Shown in pieces: positions 17,301 to 24,985 of a DNA stretch of 59,692 nt. The stretch is from Eubacteriales bacterium (lineage in GTDB: Bacteria; Bacillota; Clostridia; Oscillospirales; QAKW01). The stretch lies in NCBI GenBank assembly GCA_045545315.1, contig JAZQAR010000023.1:1-59692 (forward strand). Reading direction: 5' to 3'. Below the pieces are notes generated by a model, which saw only the letters and a list, made by a program, of their open reading frames with translations, had not been told where the DNA came from and made no database searches. Within the stretch, counting starts at the first letter, position 1. Each line of letters begins with the position of its first letter. A program made the translations under genes and the position numbers.

Positions 17301-19520
17301 GATGGTCTTGGCCTCTGCCACGGTCTTACCGTAGAGATCGGGCACCCGATAGATCACCTTGACGGTGAGGGTAACGGTCTTACCGGCCTCTACCACACAG
17401 CCTGCGGCAGGTTTTTGTTCCATCACGATACCGTCGTTCCCTTCGCTGGAGCCTTCGGCCAGGGCAACGGCAAAGCCGGCGGCCTCCAAAGCGCTCTTGG
17501 CTTCGGCCTTGGACATCCCGCTCACATCGGGCACTTCCTTCTGCTGGGAGGGGAGCAAGGGGGTAATGGACGGATCCTCCTTCAGCCAGATATCCGCATA
17601 GATCAGGTTATGGTCGCTGATATCGGTGCGGTTCACGGTCAGGCCGTTGGGCTGGGTCTGGGTGGAGCGATAACCGATGTTATCGGAAAGAATGATGTTA
17701 TCAATGGGGATATAGGAGGCATTACCCTGGGGGTAGGTATCGGTGGTAACGGTCAAGGTCTTACTGCCGTTCAACGGAGTATAGCGCTCCGTATCTACCA
17801 CGTTACGGAAGTCCAGGGGTGCAATATTCGTATCGCCCACCAGGATGGGATAGGTATCCCGATCCATCATAGCCATGATCTCGGCCATCTGCTTGGGCTG
17901 GCTTTTCACGATATTATTATTGTTCTCATCTTCGCCGCAATAGGCCAGATGGGTGTTATAGAAGACCAGGGTCTTGCCGTTATCCACACTGTCGTTGGTC
18001 AGATCCACGCAGATCTCGTGGCGTTCCACCGTCCGTTCCTCTCCGGTCTGGTCGTTGAACTTAATAGTCTCGCTCTTGGTAATGGGATATTTGCTCAGGA
18101 TACCGTGACCGTAGCCACCACCCTGCAGATCGATGGATTTTCCGAAGTAATAATAGGGATAACCGGTAGCGGCGGCGATCTTATCCATCTGGTGATCGCC
18201 GTTCACACGGGTGGTCCCGTCATCGATCTCCTGCAGACCGATGATCGCCGGGTCAATGGCATTGATCTCCTCGGCAAAGACCTCGTAATTCACGCCGCTG
18301 CCATGGGCAAAGTGGCGCACGTTATAGGAAGCCACCCGGAAGATCAGGGAGGCATCCGGTTCGGGCTCCACGTAGGGAGGCTCCACGTTCAGGCTCAGGG
18401 TGATGGTCACCCCGGCAGGGCGCTGTTGCCCGGCGGCGGGGTTCTGGTCGATCACGGTATCCGGCTCCTTGGTTTCGTCGTAGGTACCGTCGATAAACAC
18501 CACCTGGAACTGCCCGGCGGCAGCCGCTGCGGCGGCCACGGCCTCCTCCTCGGTCATACCGGAGAAATCGGGCACGGTATAGAGGGTGGGTGCCACGTTC
18601 AGGTAAACCACCACGGCGGTGCCCGGAGCCACCTGGCTTTGGGCGGCGGTCAGCTGACGCAATACCACCTGATCCCCGTAGGCAGGGTTGTAAACGGATT
18701 CGTTATTAAAGACCAGTTGACCCCCGGCGGCTGGGGGGGCAGCCGTGGCCTCCGCCTTGGTCTTGCCCACAAAGTCGGGCACGGTGGCATAGGTGGGCTC
18801 GGGATCGGGTGTTGGAGTGGGAGTAGGTGTCGGAGTGGGCGTAGGAGTAGGAGCGGGTTCGGGATCCGGATCGGCGGGCTTATTGGCCTCCTGATAGGTA
18901 TCGAACCGATGGAAGATGGCCGCCAGCTGGGCCCGGGTGGCGTTGCCCTTGGGCTCCAGGTAAGAAACCCCGCCCTTCAGGTTACCGTTGACCAGCCCCA
19001 CGGCATTGGCCCAAAGCATAGCATCCCGAGCATAAGAAGAGATCTTGCCCTGGTCGGGGAAGGCACTCAAGGAGCCGGAGACGGAAACATTGTACTTCAG
19101 CATATTTTGGGTATAGCGGTACAAAATTGTCGCCAGCTGTTCCCGGGTGATCTTGGCAGAAGGACCGAAGGTGGTGGCCGAGGTGCCGTTGACGATTCCG
19201 TTTTGGTAAGCCCACAGCACCGCCTTTTTATACCAGGCCTGCTTCAGGTCGGTAAAGGGCGTGTCGCCGCTGACCGCCGGTTCCCCAGCGGAGCGGTACA
19301 AAATAGTCACCAGCATCGCCCGCTCAGCGGAGCCTTCGGGCGAGAATTTACCCGCGCCGGTACCGTTCATCAGCCCTTGGGCGGTGGCCCATTCGATATC
19401 GGCCTTAGCCCAATGCTTTTTGGAAACGTCCTGGTATTCCGCCGCATAGGCAACGGTCACGCTGCTGAACAGCAGCACCAGAACCATCAGAAATGATAAG
19501 ATTCTTTTGGTAATTTTCAT
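14310..19520 (-). CDS. SLH-anchored surface protein with PASTA units and four EEP-like domains (intact, degenerate, degenerate, intact)
   Basis: ORF track, 1736 aa.

Domain order:
- MKITKRILSFLMVLVLLFSSVTVAYA signal peptide;
- SLH repeats, about 18905..19442;
- PTPTPTPTPTP linker, then PASTA units.

EEP domains, approximate positions:
- 17590..18370, intact (SYNV, LQEID, NTHL, GDTN, SDHN);
- 16230..16980, degenerate (SYDV, FQAVD, YNVMF, GNLN, CWHR);
- 15290..16010, degenerate (SYDI, IQGYD, GNLS, NQHR);
- 14313..15050, intact (SYNV, IQEI, NTHL, GDLN, IDHI, SDHN). Confidence 0.9.
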   Translation of the reverse strand: MKITKRILSFLMVLVLLFSSVTVAYAAEYQDVSKKHWAKADIEWATAQGLMNGTGAGKFSPEGSAERAMLVTILYRSAGEPAVSGDTPFTDLKQAWYKKAVLWAYQNGIVNGTSATTFGPSAKITREQLATILYRYTQNMLKYNVSVSGSLSAFPDQGKISSYARDAMLWANAVGLVNGNLKGGVSYLEPKGNATRAQLAAIFHRFDTYQEANKPADPDPEPAPTPTPTPTPTPTPTPDPEPTYATVPDFVGKTKAEATAAPPAAGGQLVFNNESVYNPAYGDQVVLRQLTAAQSQVAPGTAVVVYLNVAPTLYTVPDFSGMTEEEAVAAAAAAAGQFQVVFIDGTYDETKEPDTVIDQNPAAGQQRPAGVTITLSLNVEPPYVEPEPDASLIFRVASYNVRHFAHGSGVNYEVFAEEINAIDPAIIGLQEIDDGTTRVNGDHQMDKIAAATGYPYYYFGKSIDLQGGGYGHGILSKYPITKSETIKFNDQTGEERTVERHEICVDLTNDSVDNGKTLVFYNTHLAYCGEDENNNNIVKSQPKQMAEIMAMMDRDTYPILVGDTNIAPLDFRNVVDTERYTPLNGSKTLTVTTDTYPQGNASYIPIDNIILSDNIGYRSTQTQPNGLTVNRTDISDHNLIYADIWLKEDPSITPLLPSQQKEVPDVSGMSKAEAKSALEAAGFAVALAEGSSEGNDGIVMEQKPAAGCVVEAGKTVTLTVKVIYRVPDLYGKTVAEAKTILAGIGLATAFAEGSLTEDAATVTAQNPAAGTEVEKGSAVTLTAKQVTLVPNVIGQTPAAAKAALEGKGFKVAFTKGSDTESADAKVTLQTPAAGTEYTSGETVTLTGRVLYPEYLTVASYDVKRFNLEASTGKVDYDPFVEEISALNPDIIGFQAVDEGTTSNGYQTKIIAEKLGYSHYAYAPAITSHNGGSFGNSILSRFPILESSGGLFETQDGETRGYVRAVIDVQGVPVTVYNVMFTNGKESARNAQLKQMTDLMAKDEFPILMGNLNMHPSNLSGKIDLNAYTPLNGGKGLDQVYATLTSKTQTTYVSNIIITDQLAPVTDTDHPTGFHVSEELNCWHRMVYTYVRMKNAQPTENEPGAPKVPDLTGLTVAEARARAEAAGFVFALAQGADESANATVSVQTPAAYGVADTGTTITVNTRVLYGDYITVASYDIQKNQNYATLAATIKKADPDIISIQGYDHGTTNITVDCQLEELKKELGADYEYILCGDAHSYKGGYLSNGILSKYPITKSEHGRFTDQTTETRGWNRAEINVGGTTIAVYNVKLAHGKGAALDELREKQLSEILAKMDQDEFPVLMGNLSADATMLEGVLDMGRYTPLNGGKSLENICYTAFNGEEKTASSNIILSDEFEYMTDETAAPYGLYLCPDATNQHRLIYAYIRLKDSVLPENAKFIDVPDFTGMTQLAATATAAANGLTPTFRVGFDQNYIEKVSAQSTPAGTRQPRGKSIELTIGLKLADPADYPGYLTVASYNVQRAAGGSEYEEIAAEIKAVGADVVGIQEIVEGNESSSYKSQIKALADEAGFEYYAFGKSISLNSNEDYGHGIISKYPITKSETFKFATQNGEERSYERHEIYIDTTDDDQENGYTIAFYNTHLCLDSTKASQNAQLAEILAKMDAETIPAVLVGDLNAEPIHLKDTIDASTCTSLNGGKDPNVNAITCHNGKPIDHIILTDDWDHFEYDNGLGIMVIESEWSDHNMLYTYIKLKS

Positions 19521-19549
19521 AAAAAATACCCCCGTTTTTGAATACTTTT

Positions 19550-19578
19550 ATTATATATAAATATTCATCCTTTGTCAA
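19550..19578 (-). promoter_or_regulatory. Consensus sigma-70 promoter for the 1736-aa gene
   Basis: Minus strand reads TTGACA (19578..19573), a 17-nt spacer, then TATAAT (19555..19550). The ATG at 19520 follows about 30 nt later and has a GGGGG Shine-Dalgarno sequence. Confidence 0.55.
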
Positions 19579-19673
19579 CGAAAAGTGGCCGCCGTTTTTT
19601 TAAAACGACAGCCACCGTATTCAGTCTATTTTTTTACGTTCCGTGCTCTTTTTGCTCTCGCCCGGAAATGGCC

Positions 19674-19897
19674 CAAAAAAGAGTGCGGATTTCGTCAAAA
19701 TGATCCGAAGCTGTATGTGATACTGCGAGAGGTCATTTTGGCGGAAAGCAGAAAATTTCAATAAAAACTCGGCTATGCTGAGTTTTTTCCTTTGAATATA
19801 AATTGACGAAAAAGAAAAACGGCTACTGTTTTTATCAATTCGACAAAACCAGTAGCCATTTATTATCTTTTATTTTCTGCGTTCCGTGCCTTTTTTG
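19674..19897. repeat. ~230-bp MITE-like intergenic repeat, copy 2
   Basis: See 14034..14263. The right end abuts the stop of the aminotransferase gene (19900). An extra copy of the end motif (TACGTTCCGTGCTCTTTTTG) lies at about 19636..19655. Confidence 0.45.
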
Positions 19898-19899
19898 GG

Positions 19900-21207
19900 T
19901 TATTTCCCCGCTTGCATCTCAGCGACAGCTTCCAGGATCGCATCACACATATATTCCAGCTGCTCGCCGGACAGCCCGTAGATGGGCAGATGGGTAAAGC
20001 GATTGTTGAAAAGCTCCTCACAAACGGGGCAGGTCTTGGCGATCTCTTCCTGATCGTAGCCAAAGGTCTTCAGGATATCAAAGTGGAAGAGGGGGCCGAA
20101 GTGAGGAATATTGGTTACGCCCTTTTCGGTGAGCTTGGCCTTCAGGGTCTGCACGTCGCCGCCGGCCTTGGCGGGGTCGATCTCCAATAGATACAAATGA
20201 TAGGTGGGAACGATCTCATCGTTGCCCAGATCCTGGGGAATGATGGCGGGGTTGCCGCTCAGCCGCTTGGTCACGTATTCAGCGGCGGCCTTCCGCTCGG
20301 CCAGGATCTTTTCGTAACGCTCTACCTGCAGCCCCAGACCCAGACCCTGGATCTCGGTGGTGGAGCTGTTCAAGGCCACGAAGGGCTCATACTTACCGGG
20401 CATGGCGTTGACGTCGTACAGCCAGTTCTTGATGGGGGTATCGAAGTTACAGCCGAAGAACCGGGCCCGTTTCATATAGGGGCGGAATTCGTCGATATTG
20501 GTGGTCAGGATCCCGCCTTCGCCGAAGGAGGTGCAATTCTTTACTTCGTGGAAACTAAAGGCGCCGAAATGACCGATGGTCCCCACCATCTTGCCCTTAT
20601 ACATTGCGCCGAAGGCGTGGGCGGCATCCTCCAGCACCAGGATATCGTGCTTTTCAGCCAATTCCATAATGGGATCCATATCCACGGGGTACCCGCCGAT
20701 ATGAACGGGCACGATCATTTTGGTCTTGGGGGTGATCTTCTTTGCCACGTCCTTGGGATCCATATTGCAGGTCTTGGGATCCAGATCCGCAAACACCAGT
20801 TTAGCACCCACTGCCAAAGGATAAGCCATCGTAGCAATAAAGGTGATGGCGGGCAGGATGACCTCGTCCCCGGCCTTCAGGTTGGCATATTTATAGGCGA
20901 TCTCAAAGCCGGCGGTACAGTTGGCCACAAAGGCGGAGCCGGTGGTCTTCAGATATTCGTCACAGGCGGCCTCGGCGGCTTCCACTTGAGGGCCCAAGGA
21001 AAGTTTGCCCGGGGGCGTGGAAAGCGCATCCAGTTTTTCCACCTGGGCTTCCACTGCCTTGATTGCGGCTTCGTACTCGGGGCCTTCGCCCTTCATCATA
21101 AAGCGGATCACCGCCATCAGATCTTCTTTATTGTAGTTTTCGCCCACGGCGGGCCAGGGTACCCGGGTCTCTCCGGTATTATAACGGAAATCGGTAGATT
21201 TAGCCAT
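19900..21207 (-). CDS. DegT/DnrJ/EryC1/StrS-family PLP-dependent aminotransferase
   Basis: 435-aa ORF. It has the family signature around the PLP lysine: DAAHAFGAMYKGKMVGTIGHFGAFSFHEVKNCTSFGEGGIL. It is the last gene of a tightly packed five-gene operon. Confidence 0.85.
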   Translation of the reverse strand: MAKSTDFRYNTGETRVPWPAVGENYNKEDLMAVIRFMMKGEGPEYEAAIKAVEAQVEKLDALSTPPGKLSLGPQVEAAEAACDEYLKTTGSAFVANCTAGFEIAYKYANLKAGDEVILPAITFIATMAYPLAVGAKLVFADLDPKTCNMDPKDVAKKITPKTKMIVPVHIGGYPVDMDPIMELAEKHDILVLEDAAHAFGAMYKGKMVGTIGHFGAFSFHEVKNCTSFGEGGILTTNIDEFRPYMKRARFFGCNFDTPIKNWLYDVNAMPGKYEPFVALNSSTTEIQGLGLGLQVERYEKILAERKAAAEYVTKRLSGNPAIIPQDLGNDEIVPTYHLYLLEIDPAKAGGDVQTLKAKLTEKGVTNIPHFGPLFHFDILKTFGYDQEEIAKTCPVCEELFNNRFTHLPIYGLSGEQLEYMCDAILEAVAEMQAGK

Positions 21208-21212
21208 AGCGT

Positions 21213-22229
21213 TTATTCTCCTTTATAAATTTGATCACAAAGTTTTTGAATCTGCAGAGCCCGTTCGGCATTGGTGTAGTCCGGCTGGCCGGAGCCCACC
21301 AATTGATCAAAGGCCTTGAACTGTTTGGTATAGAGATTACCGCCCTTACCGTAATAGGTGCGGGCTTTGGCTTCGCCCCGATTCTGGGCGGCCTCGTAGC
21401 CGGCCTGGGGGGAATAGATATAGCGCAGTTTTCCCCCTTCGGTCTGCCCCAAAGTGCCTTCGCCGATCAGAGTACCGGCGGTGCCGTAGATCTCTAACTT
21501 ACTGACTGCCGCATCGTCCGGCACGTTGAAGTTCACGTCAATATGACCTAAGATCCCGCTTTCGCTCTTAAAGGCGATGACAGCGCTGTCTTCCACCTCG
21601 TATTGAAAACTGCGGGTAGCAAAATAGGCCTTACAATCTGCAATTTCTTCGCCGGTGATGGAAGTGAACAGTTCCATACAGTGAACGGCCAGATCCATAA
21701 TGGCACCGCCACCGCCCAGAGCCTTGGTTTGCCGCCAGGCGCCGGGGATATCCGGATACCAGCAGGAAAACTGCATCCGCACCATATTCACCTGCCCCAA
21801 ACCCCCTTCGGCAATCAGCCGTTTGGCGGTGGTGTGCAGGTTATGAAATCCCATCATATAGCCGATGGAAAGTTGTTTGCCGGCGGCCTTGAAAGCAGCC
21901 AGCAGTTTTTCGCCCTCTTCTGCGGAAAGGGTGATGGGCTTTTCCATCAGCACGTGGCGGCCATATTGCAGGGCCAGCATTGCTTGCTCATAGTGGCAAA
22001 ATACGGGGGTGGCGATATACACCGCATCGCACTCCACCGTTTTCAGCATCTCTTCCGCATCGGTGAAGGCCTGGGCAACGCCGTATTTTTTCGCCACCGC
22101 CTGAACGGTGGCTTCGGCGGTATCCATCACCGCCACCAACTCATTTTGGGGATCCAACAGCATTCCGGGGATCGCCCGGCGGTCGGCAATGCCTCCGGCG
22201 CCGATCACGCTCCATTTGATCGTTTTCAT
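21213..22229 (-). CDS. Gfo/Idh/MocA-family NAD(P)-dependent oxidoreductase
   Basis: 338-aa ORF. It has an N-terminal Rossmann motif (WSVIGAGGIADRRAIPG) and the typical length. It overlaps the upstream kinase gene by 4 nt. Confidence 0.8.
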   Translation of the reverse strand: MKTIKWSVIGAGGIADRRAIPGMLLDPQNELVAVMDTAEATVQAVAKKYGVAQAFTDAEEMLKTVECDAVYIATPVFCHYEQAMLALQYGRHVLMEKPITLSAEEGEKLLAAFKAAGKQLSIGYMMGFHNLHTTAKRLIAEGGLGQVNMVRMQFSCWYPDIPGAWRQTKALGGGGAIMDLAVHCMELFTSITGEEIADCKAYFATRSFQYEVEDSAVIAFKSESGILGHIDVNFNVPDDAAVSKLEIYGTAGTLIGEGTLGQTEGGKLRYIYSPQAGYEAAQNRGEAKARTYYGKGGNLYTKQFKAFDQLVGSGQPDYTNAERALQIQKLCDQIYKGE

Positions 22230-23194
22230 AGGCTTTTCCTCTTAAATTGTTTGCAAATTTCCAGAATTTCCTTTTGGTTTTTCAGCCCGGAAGTGGCATC
22301 AGCGGTGCCCAAAGCCATCGCCGCCGTGCAAGAGGCAAACTCCAGGATCTCCCGGTCGGTCTTGCCTTGGTAAATGCCGTAAAGGGCGCCGGCGCAAAAG
22401 GCATCCCCCGCCCCGGTGGTGCCCTTGATATAGTCGGAAGGAACCTCCAAGGAGGGCACAACGGTGATTCCATCGGCTGTGGCGCAAAGCCCCAGCTCCG
22501 GCAGGTGGATGATCACCTTTTTACGCACCCCAAGGGCCAACAACTTTTGGGCGATGGCGGGCAGGTTTTCCCGGGTGGGCTCCATTTCTGCCAACTTGCC
22601 CGCCTCCAACTCGTTGAGAATCAAATAATCGGTATAGGGCAGGCAGGGCCGCACCAGACTGTAGCGGTCAGAACTTTCGCTGACCAGGTCGATGGAGGTT
22701 TCGATCCCCCGGGCGGTGGCCTCCTGTAAAATTTTCAGCCCTTCCCCTTCGTCTACCTTTTTCAACAACAGAAAATAGGCCAAATGAAGGAACTTTGCCG
22801 GCAGATGATCCCAATCGATCTGATCTGCAGTCAGTTGACTATCGGCACCCGCATAGGTGAAGAAGGTTCGTTGCCCGCCGGGAATACTCATCACTTGAGT
22901 GAAGCTGGTGGGCAACTCCGTTTCCTTCAGGCCGGAGAGTTCCAACCCTTCTTTTGCCAAAAGTTCTTTAAGATACCGGCCGTTATCGTCTTTCCCGATC
23001 AGGCCGATGCCGTAGACCGGCAGGGTGGGATCGATCTTCTTCAGATCCACTCCCACGTTGGGGACGTTGCCGCCGGCGGCGGTCTGCACGCCCAGAATCT
23101 TGGTCAGCTCCCCGGCCTTGGGATAGGCGGCGATCTCGTTGATTTTATCCACCAACACGGTGCCGGCAACGGCAATGCCGTTTCGTTTCGTCAT
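22226..23194 (-). CDS. PfkB-family (ribokinase-like) sugar kinase
   Basis: 322-aa ORF. It has the C-terminal PfkB signature GTTGAGDAFCAGALYG and an N-terminal AAGGNVPN motif. Confidence 0.8.
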   Translation of the reverse strand: MTKRNGIAVAGTVLVDKINEIAAYPKAGELTKILGVQTAAGGNVPNVGVDLKKIDPTLPVYGIGLIGKDDNGRYLKELLAKEGLELSGLKETELPTSFTQVMSIPGGQRTFFTYAGADSQLTADQIDWDHLPAKFLHLAYFLLLKKVDEGEGLKILQEATARGIETSIDLVSESSDRYSLVRPCLPYTDYLILNELEAGKLAEMEPTRENLPAIAQKLLALGVRKKVIIHLPELGLCATADGITVVPSLEVPSDYIKGTTGAGDAFCAGALYGIYQGKTDREILEFASCTAAMALGTADATSGLKNQKEILEICKQFKRKSL

Positions 23195-23195
23195 C

Positions 23196-24143
23196 TTAGT
23201 TACACTCCGCTTCCAAGGGACCGGCCAGATCCTTCAGGAAGAACAGCTTACCGGCCAAAGTGGGAATATAAGTAGAAGTGATCCAGGGGGTGGTCTCGTG
23301 CCGCAAAGTCATCCAAAGGGATAAGCCTTGCCATTGCATCCCCCGTCCTAAAGTGCCGTCGGCACCGCCGATGGCGTAATCCGCCTGCAGGAACAGGCCG
23401 GGGCCGATGGTGTTGGCACGGCAGGGTACCAGGGGCGTTCTGGACTTAAAGCTGGTCAGCGCATTCTGCTCCACGGTCAGGGGGTGGATCTTGGCGCCGA
23501 TGCGATAGGGGGCCTTTTCCCATTCGGCGGCAGAGGCATAATCTGCGGCGAAGGTGGGCTCCCAGAAGGCGATGTGACACATTCTGCCGATGCCATAGAC
23601 CAGCACCAGCTTGGCGCCCTCGGCCTTCAGCTTGGCGATCTTTTCGGGATAGGTGGGCAGGTTTTCCTTGGTGGCAAAGTTCCGCTGGTCGGCGGGAACG
23701 GTCAGTTCGCCCAGGGGATTAAATAACGCCTGCTCCATAGCATATTGGAAGGAGCCGGGGTTATCGGAGGAAAGGGTGTTGCCCTCGCCGTCGGCCCATT
23801 CGTCCATATTGAAGGTGTAAACGTGCTCGCAGGAGACCTTCCAGGCCTTCAGGAAGTAAACCACCCATTTATACATCCCCATGGGGCCCACGGGCAGGAT
23901 AAAGGCAATCTTTTCGCCGGCATCCTTGGCTTCCTTGATCTTCAGGGCGATCTCGTGACCCATATAGGTCTCAAACTCGCAAAGCTCGTTACACATGACG
24001 GGGGTGAAATCCTTGTTCCAATGAGCCTGATGCTCGGTGATGGTCTCGGGGGCGTCGATGCAGGCATCGATCTTGGCAAAATCCCATCCGGCAGGATAAA
24101 AGCCTTCCAGGGCAGAGCCCTTCACAGTTGAATTAAAATCCAT
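23196..24143 (-). CDS. Glucosamine-6-phosphate deaminase/isomerase-like (NagB superfamily) protein, atypically long
   Basis: 315-aa ORF. It has NagB-like motifs ILPVGP, FNMDEW and [13 protein letters not shown] (canonical GHIGFNEP), plus an N-terminal extension of about 60 aa. AAGGAG lies upstream of the ATG. Confidence 0.65.
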
Positions 24144-24167
24144 TGTTTTGTTCTCCTTTTTCTGTTG

Positions 24168-24875
24168 TTACGGTAAATACCGTTTGGTGGTCCCCTTCAG
24201 GTAGACCTGGCATTGACGGAAGCCTTCGGCATAATCGGCGCCGCATTGGAAGCCCCGATACCGACAGCAGGTCTTCACCATATCCGGGAAGTCGATGTGG
24301 TCGTGATCCCGCATCCAGACGATCTGGGATTCGTGGCACTCCAGCATTTCCAGTTTTTTATCAATATAGGGGGTCACGTCCACGTATTCGGTGGGGTTAA
24401 AGTTCACCCCGCAGAGGGTGTCCATATAATAAACGGGCACCATCCGGGCTCTCCCCTCTACCCCAACGTGATAGTTGGGCAGGGTGGCGGTGAAGCAGGC
24501 ATCGAACACCAGCTTGCTGGTGGCGGTGTGGTCAGGCATATAGTCGTTGGGGTCGTGGGTGATGATAAAATCGGGATCCACCTTTTTGATGACCTCCACT
24601 ACCTTATCCCGGGATTCCTTGTTGTTATCGTAGATCTCCAGGTCGTTGAAGCCGCCCCACATCACCTCGAAGCCGCCCAGGGCCCCGCTGCGTTGAGCCT
24701 CACCCGCCCGCATGACGGAAAGCTCGTCGGGAGGGATGATCTCGTGGCCCAGATTCCCGCTGGAAAGATGGCAGACCACCACCCGATCGCCCCGCTCCTT
24801 GCACTTCAGGAGGGTGCCGGCGCAGGCGATCTCCATATCGTCCGGGTGGCAGGAAATAACCAAAACCGTATACAT
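24168..24875 (-). CDS. PIG-L/LmbE-family N-acetyl-sugar deacetylase
   Basis: 235-aa ORF. It has VLVISCHPDDMEIACAGT (HPDDxE) and ITHDPNDYMPDH (metal-binding H/D/H). AAGGAG lies 10 nt upstream. It is the first gene of the operon. Confidence 0.8.
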   Translation of the reverse strand: MYTVLVISCHPDDMEIACAGTLLKCKERGDRVVVCHLSSGNLGHEIIPPDELSVMRAGEAQRSGALGGFEVMWGGFNDLEIYDNNKESRDKVVEVIKKVDPDFIITHDPNDYMPDHTATSKLVFDACFTATLPNYHVGVEGRARMVPVYYMDTLCGVNFNPTEYVDVTPYIDKKLEMLECHESQIVWMRDHDHIDFPDMVKTCCRYRGFQCGADYAEGFRQCQVYLKGTTKRYLP

Positions 24876-24926
24876 GGAAAATCAACTCCTTTTTTATTTG
24901 TTAATTTTATTATAACAACATAGGGG

Positions 24927-24955
24927 TTGCGTTGGAGTGTAAAATCGGTTATAAT
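24927..24955 (+). promoter_or_regulatory. Sigma-70-type promoter for the AraC-family regulator
   Basis: TTGCGT (24927..24932), a 17-nt spacer, then TATAAT (24950..24955). This places the transcription start downstream of the ATG at 24956 and favours the GTG start at 24986. Confidence 0.5.
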
Positions 24956-24985
24956 ATGTGTAAATTCAGACAAAGGGGATTTACT

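Noticed and set aside
15639-19496. Very long + strand ORF (1285 aa). Similar long antisense ORFs occur at 11228..13630, 2909..5044, 1406..2707, 33923..35689, 35765..36730, 36727..37731, 37628..38806, 27798..29102 and 30718..32103.
   Set aside because: Each lies exactly antisense to a gene with clear domain signatures. Their translations are G/H/R/Q/L-rich low-complexity sequence with no recognisable motifs, start signals or Shine-Dalgarno sequences. This is the typical stop-codon-poor shadow frame of high-GC coding DNA.
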